A stretch of DNA of 64,000 bases from an uncultured Gemmatimonadales bacterium (GCA_963850905.1 CAWKMU010000003.1:3168001-3232000); one strand, 5' to 3'; shown: positions 42,505 to 52,999, counted from the stretch's first letter. A program made the numbers and translations. The notes: generated by a model not told the origin, from the sequence alone.

Positions 42505-43961
42505 CGGCCATTCGCCGTCGTCTCCGGTCTCCTCTCTCCTCTTTCCTCACTTCGCGCGCACCGGCGTTGGTCATGGCCGCGGTCGCGTTACTCGCGGCGC
42601 GCGCGTCGGCCCAGTCAGCCGCACCGACCGCGGACCAGGCACTCGCCCGCGACATCCTTCGCGAGGTCATTGACATCAACACGACGCACAGCGCGGGGAA
42701 CACGACCAATGCCGCACAGGCGCTGGCGAAGCGCCTACTGGATGCTGGCTTCGATCCGCACGACGTGCAGATCGTCGGTCCGCGACCCAAGAACCAGAAC
42801 CTCGTGGCCCGGTTCCGCGGCACCGGTGGGCGCAAGCCGATCCTGCTGCTCGCGCACCTGGATGTCGTCGAGGCGCGCCGGGAAGATTGGTCCGTCGATC
42901 CGTTCACGTTCCTCGAGCGCGACGGCTACTTCTACGGCCGCGGGACGAGCGACGTCAAGGACGGCGCCGCGATCTGGGTCGCCACGTTCATTCGCCTGAA
43001 GCGCGAGCACTACCAGCCCGATCGCGATCTTATCCTCGCGCTCACGGCCGGCGAAGAGTCGTCCGAGGACTACAACGGCGTCTCCTGGCTGATCACCAAC
43101 CATCGCGATCTCATCGACGCGGAATACTGCATCAACGCCGACGCCGGTGGGCCCGAGGTCAAGAAGGGCACGCTGATCGCGCGTCCCGTCCAGGCAAGCG
43201 AAAAGGTCTACGAGAGCTACGCGCTGGAGGTGCACAACCCCGGTGGTCACAGCTCGCTCCCGCGCAAGGACAACGCGATCTACGAGCTCGTCGCCGCACT
43301 CGGCCGCCTCTCGCAGTTCGATTTCCCAGTCGACTTGAACGAGGTCAGTCGCAGCTTTTTTGCCCGCAGCGCCGCGATCCAGACTGGGCAGACCGCGGCC
43401 GACATGCGAGCCGTCGTGGCCACGCCGACCGACCTCGCTGCCGCCGCGCGTCTGTCAGTCGTGCCGCTGTACAATTCGATCCTCCACACCACCTGTGTGC
43501 CGACGCTCCTGACCGCAGGCCATGCGGAAAACGCGCTCCCCCAGATGGCCCGCGTGACCGTGAACTGCCGCATCCTCCCGACGGAAAAAGCGGATGACGT
43601 CCAACGCACACTGGTCCGCGTCATCGCAGACTCCCAGGTGACAGTGACGCCAGTCGCCCCCCCGAAACCCAGCCCGCCCTCACCGCTCACGCCCGAGGTG
43701 ATCGGGGCCATCGAACGCGTGACCGCGGCGCAGTGGCCAGGCGTGCCGGTCATTCCAATGATGGGCACTGGTGCGACCGACGGGCTGTACCTCCGCAACG
43801 CCGGCATCCCGACCTACGGCGTCTCCGGGGTGGCAGGCGACGTGGACAATGTGCGCGCGCACGGCCGCGACGAACGCATCAGCGTCAGCGCCTACTACGC
43901 GGCGCTCCCCTACATCCACGACCTCGTGGTCGCTCTGTCCTCGCCGACGCCGGCATCGTAA
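42501..43961 (+). CDS. M20/M25/M40 family metallopeptidase, secreted (copy 2, tandem paralog)
   Basis: Same motifs; highly similar to copy 1 except for the signal region; ATGA overlap. Confidence 0.92.
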   Translation: MTAIRRRLRSPLSSFLTSRAPALVMAAVALLAARASAQSAAPTADQALARDILREVIDINTTHSAGNTTNAAQALAKRLLDAGFDPHDVQIVGPRPKNQNLVARFRGTGGRKPILLLAHLDVVEARREDWSVDPFTFLERDGYFYGRGTSDVKDGAAIWVATFIRLKREHYQPDRDLILALTAGEESSEDYNGVSWLITNHRDLIDAEYCINADAGGPEVKKGTLIARPVQASEKVYESYALEVHNPGGHSSLPRKDNAIYELVAALGRLSQFDFPVDLNEVSRSFFARSAAIQTGQTAADMRAVVATPTDLAAAARLSVVPLYNSILHTTCVPTLLTAGHAENALPQMARVTVNCRILPTEKADDVQRTLVRVIADSQVTVTPVAPPKPSPPSPLTPEVIGAIERVTAAQWPGVPVIPMMGTGATDGLYLRNAGIPTYGVSGVAGDVDNVRAHGRDERISVSAYYAALPYIHDLVVALSSPTPAS

Positions 43962-44167
43962 CGGCGTTCCTTTCTTTTCCGCGCTTCATCCAGCCTACTG
44001 GCGCGTGAGCGGCCGCGGGCCTTACTCGCCGACTCCCAATTCCGGCGGCGCCGGCAGCACGGACGGCATGACCGGTCGTTTCGTCATGCCTAGCGGCCAA
44101 GCGAGCTGAACCTTATAGTTGGGTGCATTGTGGCCCGCAGGCCCACCTCGGCTCCTGAGCGCTCGAT

Positions 44168-44605
44168 ATGCGACATGCGCTGTTGCTCGCGGGTGCCATT
44201 GTCGTCGCTGGCTGCTCACACGCCACCGCGCCCCGATTCGTTGTCGCGATCAGCGGCCCGGCCACCGAGCAGGCATTCGACACGACCGAGAACGGCGTCG
44301 ATTACAAAATGTGCGAATCCTCGCTGAACGCGACCGCCACGGGCGGGAGCTCTCATGAGGAAGCCACATGGGGCAGCCTGGCCTTCAAGTACGTCCGCGC
44401 GGACGGTGTGGAGTACTCGGGCTCCGAACCCACTGCCGCCGCCTTCTTCGGCGGCAACGAGACCATCGAGAGCGGGTCGTCGGAAACAGGGTTCGTCACT
44501 GGCAGTTGGACGCAGAGCTTCACGTTGTATCTGACTTTCTACTACTCGACCCCACAGACAAGCCGCGATTCCGCGACCTTCAGTTTCGCCTGCCAGGTCA
44601 CGTGA
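44168..44605 (+). CDS. Hypothetical lipoprotein
   Basis: MRHALLLAGAIVVAGC lipobox; beta-rich S/T/G body with 2 further Cys. Confidence 0.7.
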   Translation: MRHALLLAGAIVVAGCSHATAPRFVVAISGPATEQAFDTTENGVDYKMCESSLNATATGGSSHEEATWGSLAFKYVRADGVEYSGSEPTAAAFFGGNETIESGSSETGFVTGSWTQSFTLYLTFYYSTPQTSRDSATFSFACQVT

Positions 44606-44716
44606 TGCCCGCGACCATACCTCTCGTCGACCGCTGACGTCCTCCAGGATACCGCTCCTAGTGCGGTACTGCCGGTCAGCGGCCAGGCTCCCGCAACGTC
44701 GCCTGCTCATCGGCGG

Positions 44717-44741
44717 GTAGGGGCGACGCAATGCGTCGCCC
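44717..44741 (+). repeat. GTAG-type REP
   Basis: GTAGGGGCGACGCAATGCGTCGCCC. Confidence 0.8.
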
Positions 44742-44782
44742 GCCTCCGGTCCCTCGGATCGGACGCCGCATACCTTTGATTC

Positions 44783-45667
44783 GTGCCTCGCGCGGGAATC
44801 GTGACCTTCGCCGGCCGACCCAACGTCGGCAAGTCGACGCTCCTCAATAGACTGGTGGGGGAGCGACTCAGCATCACGAGCCCAAAGCCGCAGTCCACGC
44901 GCGATCGGATCGTGGGGATCCGCACACTCGACGCAGAGGGGCAGCGAGCCGAGCCTGCGCAACTGGTGTTTCTGGACACACCAGGGCTGCTCGACCCGAA
45001 GGACGACCTGCAACGGTCAATGCGCCACGCGGCGCTCGCAGCCTTGTCCGACGCCGACGTGATCGTCTATCTCGTCGACGCGACCGAAGGGCCGCCGCCG
45101 TCACTCGCGACCACGGCCGGCGTCGCAGCGCCCAAAGCGCCGGTGCTCACTGCACTCAACAAGATCGACCTCGTCGCCCCTGAAGCGCGGTCCGCCCTTG
45201 TCGAGCAGGTTCCCGACGGATACCAGATCTCCGCCGCGAACGGAGACGGCATCGATCCGTTGCTCGACGCCATCGTCGCCCGCGTTCCGGAGAGCCCGTT
45301 CTTGTACCCTGCGGACGACATCAGCGCCCAGCCCGTCCGATTCTTCGTCGCCGAGCTCGTTCGCGAAAGCGCGCTGGAGCAGCTCAGCGAGGAAGTCCCC
45401 CACAGCGTGGCCGTGCAAGTCGACGAATTTCGTGAAAACCAAAAACCGGTCTACATCCGCGCAATCATTTATGTCGAGCGCGAGAGCCAGAAGGGAATCC
45501 TGCTCGGGCACCAGGGCGCGCGGATACGTGAGATCGGACGCCAATCCCGCCTCAAGATCGAGCGACTGCTCGAGCAATCGGTCTACCTCGACCTCTGGGT
45601 CAAGGTGTTACCCAACTGGCGGCGCAACCCGGAGGCGTTGAAACGCCTTGGGTACGGCGAGAAGTAG
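44783..45667 (+). CDS. era: GTPase Era
   Basis: GRPNVGKST, DTPG, NKID, EEVPHS, KH domain SQKGILLG, VYLDLWVKV. Confidence 0.97.
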   Translation: MPRAGIVTFAGRPNVGKSTLLNRLVGERLSITSPKPQSTRDRIVGIRTLDAEGQRAEPAQLVFLDTPGLLDPKDDLQRSMRHAALAALSDADVIVYLVDATEGPPPSLATTAGVAAPKAPVLTALNKIDLVAPEARSALVEQVPDGYQISAANGDGIDPLLDAIVARVPESPFLYPADDISAQPVRFFVAELVRESALEQLSEEVPHSVAVQVDEFRENQKPVYIRAIIYVERESQKGILLGHQGARIREIGRQSRLKIERLLEQSVYLDLWVKVLPNWRRNPEALKRLGYGEK

Positions 45668-45753
45668 CGGATAGGGCCTCGACGCCGCCGCTTGCCCTTT
45701 TCTTGCGGTCATCAAATGATGCAGGGAGCGACGGTGTCGCTGTTCTTCCTTGC

Positions 45754-45790
45754 CCCCGACCCCTGATCCCTGACCCCTGACCCCTGACCT
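45754..45790. repeat. Heptamer tandem repeat (CCCCTGA)n
   Basis: cccccga cccctga tccctga cccctga cccctga cct directly before the Trm112-like start. Confidence 0.75.
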
Positions 45791-45791
45791 C

Positions 45792-45986
45792 ATGTCCCTC
45801 GCACCGCAGCTCCTCGCCATCCTGGTCTGCCCGAAGTGCAAGGGCGACCTCGAGTACCGCGAATCCGAATCCAGCCTCGTCTGTCATACGGACCGGCTGC
45901 GCTACGCCATTCGAGACGACATCCCCATCATGCTGATCGACGAAGCTGAACCGCTGGGCCGGGACGAGGTGGAAGCCCACCGGTAG
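45792..45986 (+). CDS. Trm112-like (UPF0434) protein
   Basis: LLAILVCPKCKGDL...YAIRDDIPIMLIDEA. Confidence 0.92.
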   Translation: MSLAPQLLAILVCPKCKGDLEYRESESSLVCHTDRLRYAIRDDIPIMLIDEAEPLGRDEVEAHR

Positions 45987-46158
45987 GTGTGGGAAGGGGT
46001 GGAGGACCAGCGGTAGGGTCTACTTTCTACTCTCTGTACGTCAACTTTCTCGGGCGCGTCGGCGCCCGTTGCGTGAGGGGGCGGTGATCGGTCATAGTAG
46101 CGTGGCCGCCCATCCCCCCGACGGGCGCGGTGACCTTTCTCAGTCGCACCCGGAACCT

Positions 46159-47157
46159 GTGGCTCATTCAACCGCGATCATCTTTACGCCCGACCGGGCG
46201 GGGGCACCACCGACCGTGCTCGCGTGGCTCGCCGCGCGATCGCTCGCCGTGGTCACGCTCGGCTCCGCCGACGAGCTCATGGCGCGGGCCCTCCGGGGAC
46301 GACCTCGCGTCGTCGTTTTCGACGCGCGCGGGGATGATCGGTCAGCGGTCCTGGCGGCGTGCACCCGCATGAAGCGCGACTCGTACACTGGCATCATCCC
46401 CGCCGTCGCGCTCTCCGGCCCGTCGGAGGAACAGCTGGCGGAAGCGTTCGACGCCGGTGCCGACGAGGTCGTGCGTGCCGGCGCCTCCCCAGAAGAGGCC
46501 ACGCTTCGGCTCAACGTGCTGCTGCGCCGATCCGATCGCGACACTTTCGTGCACCCCTCGACGCGACTGCCCGGCACGGACGAAATCGAGGCCGAGATCG
46601 CCCGCCGCCTGCGCGTGGGGGCGACCTTCGCCGTGTGCTACGCGGACCTCGACCACTTCAAGGAATTCAACGACCGGTACAGCTACTACGATGGCGACCG
46701 CGTAATCCGGATCCTCGCCAAGATCCTCCACGACGTGATCAAGGGGTTTTGCGGCGAGGACGGATTCGTCGGGCACATCGGAGGCGATGACTTTATCTTC
46801 GTCGTGCCCGCGCAGGCGGTCGCGGAGACGTGCGGAGAAGTCATCTCGATCTTCGACGCCCTCGTCCCGTATCAATACTCCGAGCAGGACCGGCGCGCGG
46901 GCTACTTCTTCGGGAAGGATCGCCGCGGTCAGCTCCACCGGGTGCCGCTCATGACGGTCTCCATCGGTGTCGTCACGAATGAGCGGCGACAGTTCACACA
47001 CGCCTCGCAAATGAGTGAGTTGGCAACCGAAATGAAGAGCTACGCGAAGACGCTGAGTGGTTCGGTCTACACAGTGGATCGACGCCAGGACGCCGTAGCG
47101 GAGCACCCCCTGGTCGTGCACCGAAACGGGCCTGCCAACGTCGGAGGCGGACCGTGA
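46159..47157 (+). CDS. Receiver-like + GGDEF-domain protein (start uncertain, 46102-46159)
   Basis: AGADEVV receiver tail; YADLDHFKEFNDRYSYYDGD; GHIGGDDF. Confidence 0.88.
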   Translation: MAHSTAIIFTPDRAGAPPTVLAWLAARSLAVVTLGSADELMARALRGRPRVVVFDARGDDRSAVLAACTRMKRDSYTGIIPAVALSGPSEEQLAEAFDAGADEVVRAGASPEEATLRLNVLLRRSDRDTFVHPSTRLPGTDEIEAEIARRLRVGATFAVCYADLDHFKEFNDRYSYYDGDRVIRILAKILHDVIKGFCGEDGFVGHIGGDDFIFVVPAQAVAETCGEVISIFDALVPYQYSEQDRRAGYFFGKDRRGQLHRVPLMTVSIGVVTNERRQFTHASQMSELATEMKSYAKTLSGSVYTVDRRQDAVAEHPLVVHRNGPANVGGGP

Positions 47158-48854
47158 ACGTCGCCTGCCCCGAATGTCGGTCGGTCTTTCGGGTCGATCC
47201 CGCGCGCGTCCCCCGGGCCGGGACGCGGGCGCGATGCTCCGTATGCGGTGGCGTCATTCCTATCACACCGGAGACTACGAGTGCGACAGCCCCGGCGGTC
47301 GAACCGGCTGTCGCATTTCCACCGGCCTCCGAGTTCGCCGTCATAGGGGCTCGCCCAGCGGCGGCAGCAGCCGGTTCGCAATCGGGTGTGGCCACGGCAG
47401 CACCGCGCACCGCGACGGCAGTCGCCGCCGCCGATGCGCGTCCAATGGCGCCGCGCCAGGCGCCTCCGAGCGTCCCGGCTCCCGCGCCGGCCATCCCCCC
47501 CGTGCGACCCGGTGCGCCTGCGCCGGCGGTTGCCGCGAGTGCGGCGCCGCGAGTTGCGCCCGCACCCACGTCGGCACCGGGCGCACCACCCGCGCCACGC
47601 CCAGCTCCGCCGCTCAGCGCCGCGGCCGAAGCGCGGCCGGCAGCCCCTCAAAGCGCGGCCACCGCGCCCCGCACCAACGCTCCAGCGCGCCCGGCCGTCA
47701 CTCCGTCGCGCGGCGCACCATCGATCGGTCGGCCATCAGCCCCGGGAGCACCAGCGGCCGCGGCGTCTGCATCGAGCCGTCCGCCGGCCCCGCCTTTGGA
47801 ACCGCTTATCGTTCGCACCACGCCGGCCGCCGGACTCCGGACGCACGACTCGTTGCCGATCGAGCCTATTTCGGGTCCGATAGCTCCGCCGGCCCGCGTG
47901 GCACCGCCCGCGGGCGGTCTCCCGGGGCTTGGGCGTGGCCCGGCACCAATGTCCCCGCGGCCAGCCGCTCCAGGCGCCCCACCACTCGCACCCAGGCCAG
48001 CAGGTGGGCCACCTGGGGCTGTTCCTGGTATGCGGCCCGCGATTCCTGCCCTGCCGCCCCGCTCACCTGGCGCGCCGGCGGCACCAGCGACCCGTCACGC
48101 GGCACCTGCGGCCGGGGCGGCTGGCGCACCGCCGCTTCGATCGTCCGGCCCTCTCGCCTCGCCACTCCATCCTCGCGCCGAGCCGCCTAGCGGTCCTCGT
48201 CCAATGCCCGGCGGAGCTGCCCCGACCGCTCCCGGTGGGCTCGGCGGTGCGGCGCGCCCACCCCTCGCCCCTGGCCAGCCATCATCAATGCCATCGGCGC
48301 GCCCCGCGGCACCGATCGGGGGTGCACCGCTCGGGCCGCCCGGCGCGGCCCGAGCGGTGCCGCCGCGCGAACCGGCCAGTGGTCCGATGCGACCGGCTGC
48401 GCCGGTCGGTCCAGCGAGCGCTGCGCCAGCCCTTCCGCCCCGCGTCGCTCCGGGCGGAGGCATCGCTACAGCCGCCGCATCGGCGCCCGCGCCAGCGAGC
48501 ATGCCATCGAGTCCCACAGCGCCCAAGCCTGGCGCGCCAAGCGCCGCCCCGCGCCCGTCGGGCGCCGCGACACCCGGGGCCGAGCGCCGTCCGATCAATC
48601 CGTTCCTGGCCAACGATCCAAATCAGAAGGCGAAGCGACTCGCCCGCGCCCTCGTCTCGGACATGCTCGCGTATCACCCGGGCAAGCGAGACGAAGGTCT
48701 CGCCAACGGCACGCTCAAGCAGATGTTCCGCGAGGAGATCAAGAAGAGCTACGAAGAATACGTCGAGCAAGTCGGCCGCGACTTCGCCGAAGGCACGACG
48801 CATTTCCAGGAAGCGCTGAATGAGTTGCTGGCTGCTGGGAAGAAGATGTTTTGA
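47154..48854 (+). CDS. Zinc-ribbon (MJ0042-type) protein with a long Pro/Ala linker and a helical C-terminal domain
   Basis: CPECRSVFRV...RCSVCG; about 440 aa of low complexity; NPFLANDPNQKAKRLARALVSDM...FQEALNELLA. Confidence 0.85.
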   Translation: MNVACPECRSVFRVDPARVPRAGTRARCSVCGGVIPITPETTSATAPAVEPAVAFPPASEFAVIGARPAAAAAGSQSGVATAAPRTATAVAAADARPMAPRQAPPSVPAPAPAIPPVRPGAPAPAVAASAAPRVAPAPTSAPGAPPAPRPAPPLSAAAEARPAAPQSAATAPRTNAPARPAVTPSRGAPSIGRPSAPGAPAAAASASSRPPAPPLEPLIVRTTPAAGLRTHDSLPIEPISGPIAPPARVAPPAGGLPGLGRGPAPMSPRPAAPGAPPLAPRPAGGPPGAVPGMRPAIPALPPRSPGAPAAPATRHAAPAAGAAGAPPLRSSGPLASPLHPRAEPPSGPRPMPGGAAPTAPGGLGGAARPPLAPGQPSSMPSARPAAPIGGAPLGPPGAARAVPPREPASGPMRPAAPVGPASAAPALPPRVAPGGGIATAAASAPAPASMPSSPTAPKPGAPSAAPRPSGAATPGAERRPINPFLANDPNQKAKRLARALVSDMLAYHPGKRDEGLANGTLKQMFREEIKKSYEEYVEQVGRDFAEGTTHFQEALNELLAAGKKMF

Positions 48855-48856
48855 GG

Positions 48857-48970
48857 ACTGGACGCTAGACACTGGACGCTGGACGCTGGAGAACTAACCG
48901 AGAGGGCCTGTCACGGTGCGCCGCGAACAGGCCCTCAGTTTTTTTCTAACGTTCAGCGTCCAGCGTCTAA
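48857..48970. terminator. Intrinsic terminator enclosed by heptamer arms (GCTGGAC)n...(GTCCAGC)n
   Basis: GAGGGCCTGT...ACAGGCCCTC-AGTTTTTTT at 48902-48945, flanked by inverted heptamer repeats. Confidence 0.75.
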
Positions 48971-48988
48971 TCCCTTATCTTTCCTTTT

Positions 48989-50114
48989 ATGGATGACAGT
49001 GAGCGCGAACGCGAGTTGCAACGCAACGCAGATCGGCTGACCGACCTGCGGAGGTACCTTTGACGTCGACTCGAAGCGCCAGGCGCTCGACGAAGGCGAG
49101 CAAGCCATGGCAATGCCAGCCTTTTGGGAGCGCCCCGACCAGGCCCGCGAGGTCGTTCAGCGCGTCAAGCTGCTGAAGGCGGTTGTCGAGCCCTTCGATC
49201 GCCTGGTCGCGCGCATCAAGAGCGCGCTCGAGCTCACGGAGCTCCTCGAGGCCGAACCCAATGCCAGCATGTCCGCAGAGCTCGATCGTGAGACTGCCTC
49301 GATCGAGGTGGATGTCTCCGCGTTCGAGCTGCGTGCGTTGCTCAGCGGCCCCGATGACCAGCGCGATGCGCAGCTCGAGATCAGCGCCGGCGCGGGCGGC
49401 ACTGAGGCGCAGGACTGGGCCGAAATGCTGATGCGGATGTACACGCGATGGGCCGAACGCCGCGGCTACAGCGTCGATGTCCTCGACTTGAGCGACGGCG
49501 AAGAGGCCGGCATCAAAGGTGCCGTCCTCGAGATCCACGGCCCCTACGCGTACGGGTTCCTGCACCCTGAGACGGGCGTGCATCGCCTGGTCCGCATCTC
49601 CCCGTTCGATGCCAACGCGCGGCGACACACGAGTTTCGCGTCCGTGTTCGTCTATCCCGTCGTCAACGAGGAGATCAACATCGAGATCCGCGACGAGGAC
49701 CTCAGGATCGATGTATACCGTGCCTCGGGCGCCGGGGGGCAACACGTCAACAAGACGAGCTCCGCGGTCCGGATCACACACGTGCCGAGCGGCATCGTCG
49801 TCGCCTCACAGGCCGAGCGGTCGCAGTTCAAGAACAAGGCGACTGCGATGAAGATGCTGAAGAATCGTCTCTACCAGCTTGAGGCCGAGCGGCAGGCGCA
49901 GCAAAAGGCGGCGCTGGATGCGACCAAACAGGACGTGACGTTCGGCAGCCAGATTCGAAGCTACGTGTTCCAGCCGTACACCATGGTGAACGACCACCGG
50001 ACCGAGCTCAAGATCCCCGACGTCCAACGCGTCATGGACGGGGACATCGATCCCTTCGTCGAGGCGTATCTCAAGCGTCGGCCGGGCGGCGCGAATGGCT
50101 CGGCCGCAAAGTGA
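48989..50114 (+). CDS. prfB: Peptide chain release factor 2 with programmed +1 frameshift
   Basis: ATG 48989; 24 codons to AGG TAC CTT TGA C (49058-49064) with internal SD GGAGGT; continues in the +1 frame with GTEAQDW, RISPF, GAGGQHVN. Confidence 0.97.
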
Positions 50115-50121
50115 GCACCCC

Positions 50122-51657
50122 GTGACCACACGCGACGCCGGGAGCCAGGATCTCAACTTCGTCCTCCGCGACCGCCGCGCATCGTTGAACGCGCTGGTCG
50201 CGGCTGGTATCCAGCCCTACGGCTATGTCTTCTCGCGGACTCACTCAGCCGCTGCTGCCGTCCAGACACTCGGCGCCGAGGCCGAAGGACCGTCCGTTCG
50301 CGTCGCCGGACGATTGGTCGCGTTGCGAGCGCATGGCAAGACTACCTTCGCCCATCTTGCCGATCAGAGCGGTCGCATTCAACTCTACTTCAGGCAGGAC
50401 GAGCTCGGGGTGGCGTACGACCTGGTGTCTCACCTCGATCTGGGAGACGTGGTGGGCGTTGCCGGCACGCTCTTTCGCACGCGCACAGGCGAACCGACGG
50501 TCCGCGTCGCTTCGGTAGAATTGCTCGCCAAGTCGCTGCGTCCGCTGCCGCTCGGCAAGGAGGAGCAAGTCGACGGCCGGATCGTTCGGCATGCGGAGTT
50601 CGCCGACCCGGAGCTCCGGTATCGGCAACGGTACGCGGACCTGGCCGTCCACCCGGAAGTGCGCACCATCTTCGTCGCGCGCGCGCGGATGGTCGGCGCG
50701 ATTCGCCGATTCCTCGACGGACGCGATTTTCTCGAGGTCGAGACACCGGTGCTCCAGCCACTGTACGGCGGGGCGACGGCACGGCCATTCACGACGCACC
50801 ACTACGCGCTCGACATGCCACTCTATCTCCGAATCGCGGACGAGCTGTACCTCAAGCGTCTGATTGTCGGCGGGATGGAGCGCGTCTACGAGATCGGCCA
50901 CGACTTCCGGAATGAGGGGATCGACCGGACGCATAATCCGGAATTCACGATGCTGGAGTTCTACCAGGCGTACGCCGACTACTACGAGATGATGGAGGTC
51001 GTCGAGTCGCTGCTCGTCGCGGCGGCCGATGCCGTGCGGTCCGTGCCGCCATATGGTGACCTCGTGCCGACCTTGACGCCGCCTTTTCCGCGTCTCGATT
51101 GGCGCTCGGCTCTCGAGTCGAAGCTGGGTGTCGATCCGCTGTCGCTGGACGAGACGGAGTTGCGGAACCGCGCGACCCGAATTGGAATTTCGAATGTAGC
51201 GTCTCGGTCGGGCCCCAAATTGCTGGATGAGATGTTTCAGGCGCTGGTGGAATCGACGCTAGACACTCCGACGTTCGTGACGGACTACCCCGTCGCGCTG
51301 TCGCCATTGGCGAAGCCCAAACGGGGCAATCCCGCGCTGACGGAGCGGTTTGAGCTGTTTGCGAACGGACACGAGCTGGCAAACGCCTTCAGTGAGCTGA
51401 ACGACCCGATCGATCAGCGGCGACGCTTCGAGGCGCAGGCCGCCCTCCGCGCGCAAGGCGATGTGGAGGCCGTGGGCGTCGACGAGGATTATTTGCGGGC
51501 GATGGAATACGGCATGCCACCAACGGGCGGTGTGGGGATCGGGCTGGACCGGCTGTTCATGTATCTCACGCAGACACACCACATTCGCGACGTGATTCTG
51601 TTTCCGGCCATGCGGCCGGAAACGCCGATCGCGAGTGGAGGCGGCACTCATGGCTGA
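50122..51657 (+). CDS. lysS: Lysyl-tRNA synthetase class II (start 50122 or 50095)
   Basis: RYRQRYADL, LYLRIADELYLKRL, FRNEGIDRTHNPEF, EYGMPPTGGVGIGLDR. Confidence 0.97.
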   Translation: MTTRDAGSQDLNFVLRDRRASLNALVAAGIQPYGYVFSRTHSAAAAVQTLGAEAEGPSVRVAGRLVALRAHGKTTFAHLADQSGRIQLYFRQDELGVAYDLVSHLDLGDVVGVAGTLFRTRTGEPTVRVASVELLAKSLRPLPLGKEEQVDGRIVRHAEFADPELRYRQRYADLAVHPEVRTIFVARARMVGAIRRFLDGRDFLEVETPVLQPLYGGATARPFTTHHYALDMPLYLRIADELYLKRLIVGGMERVYEIGHDFRNEGIDRTHNPEFTMLEFYQAYADYYEMMEVVESLLVAAADAVRSVPPYGDLVPTLTPPFPRLDWRSALESKLGVDPLSLDETELRNRATRIGISNVASRSGPKLLDEMFQALVESTLDTPTFVTDYPVALSPLAKPKRGNPALTERFELFANGHELANAFSELNDPIDQRRRFEAQAALRAQGDVEAVGVDEDYLRAMEYGMPPTGGVGIGLDRLFMYLTQTHHIRDVILFPAMRPETPIASGGGTHG

Positions 51658-52999
51658 AGGCACGAGAGCAACGGAGTCCGCGGCGTTCCGCCCGGGGGGA
51701 CCAATGGCTGGGGGCACCAAAGCCGCCAAATCGGTCTCGCGCGCGCTGGAGTGGTCGATCTCCTGGCGCTACCTGCGGAGTCGCAAGGGTTCACGCCTGC
51801 TGTCGTTCATCAGCGTGGTCGCCATCGGCGGCGTCATCGTCGGGGTGAGTGCGCTCATCCTGATTATGGGCGTGATGACCGGCCTGCAGAACGACCTTCG
51901 CGACAAGATCCTGGTCGGCAGCCCGGACCTCCGAGTCTTGAACTACGGCGACGACTTGAAGATCGGCGCCTGGCGGGACGTCCTGGCCAAGGTCGACTCC
52001 TTTCCAGGAGTCGTCGCCGCGGCGCCGTTCGTTCTGTCACTCGGCGTGGTAACCGCAGGCCACAACTACGCGGACGCTGCCCAGGTGGCGGGCATCCTGC
52101 CACAGGGGCCACACGTCCCGCAGGTCACGACCATCCGCGAGCACATCCTGAAGGGACAGGGTGACTTCCGGTTCGCGAGCTCGGATGGTCACACGCGTGG
52201 CGTCGTCCTGGGGAAGCTGCTCGCCGACCGCCTGGGCGTGCAGCCTGGGGATACCATCCACATGCTGGCGCCGCCCCCTGACAACAAGATCATGACCTCC
52301 GTCGGCACGTTCATTAAGCCGCGGTACTTCCAGTTCGAGGTCACGGGGCTGTTCGAGACCGGCATGTACGAGTATGACAACTCGTATATCTACATGCCCT
52401 TGGACGTCGCACAGGACTTCGCGAATCTTGGATCGGCCGTTACCGGCATCGAGGTGCGGACCACGAATCGTTGGAAGGCGAACGAAGTCGCCCTGGCACT
52501 CGAGAGCGCCCTGGGCTTCCCCTACCGCACACAGTCCTGGCAGGAGCAGAACAGCTCACTTTTCCGCGCCCTCAAGCTCGAGAAGTTCGCGATGGGCTTC
52601 ATCGTGGCGCTCATCGTGCTCGTCGCGGCGTTCAACATCGTGAGCACGCTCACCATGGTGGTCACCGACAAAACCCGCGAGATCGGGATCCTCAAGGCCA
52701 TGGGGATGCCCGCGCGGTCGATCCGCCGCATCTTCTTGACTCAGGGCGTGGTGATCGGCGCGGTTGGGACTGCGATCGGTGTCACGATCGGACTGGTCAC
52801 TGGTGTGTTGCTCGACCGCTACAAGCTCATCACCCTCGATGAGAAGGTGTACTTCATCGACCACATGCCGGTGACCATTCAGGCCACCGACGTCGCCATC
52901 ACGATCCTCGCCAGTCTCTTGATCGCGACCATTGCGACGCTCTACCCCTCGATTCAGGCCGCGCGACTGTTCCCGATCGACGCCATTCGCCATGACTGA
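51650..52999 (+). CDS. lolE: Lipoprotein-releasing ABC permease LolC/E
   Basis: RYLRSRK, FETGMYEYD, VAAFNIVSTL, KTREIGILKAMG. Confidence 0.9.
   Translation: MAEGTRATESAAFRPGGPMAGGTKAAKSVSRALEWSISWRYLRSRKGSRLLSFISVVAIGGVIVGVSALILIMGVMTGLQNDLRDKILVGSPDLRVLNYGDDLKIGAWRDVLAKVDSFPGVVAAAPFVLSLGVVTAGHNYADAAQVAGILPQGPHVPQVTTIREHILKGQGDFRFASSDGHTRGVVLGKLLADRLGVQPGDTIHMLAPPPDNKIMTSVGTFIKPRYFQFEVTGLFETGMYEYDNSYIYMPLDVAQDFANLGSAVTGIEVRTTNRWKANEVALALESALGFPYRTQSWQEQNSSLFRALKLEKFAMGFIVALIVLVAAFNIVSTLTMVVTDKTREIGILKAMGMPARSIRRIFLTQGVVIGAVGTAIGVTIGLVTGVLLDRYKLITLDEKVYFIDHMPVTIQATDVAITILASLLIATIATLYPSIQAARLFPIDAIRHD

Noticed and set aside
49052..49064. prfB frameshift as a novelty
   Set aside because: This is the canonical, well-known CTT-TGA-C autoregulatory site
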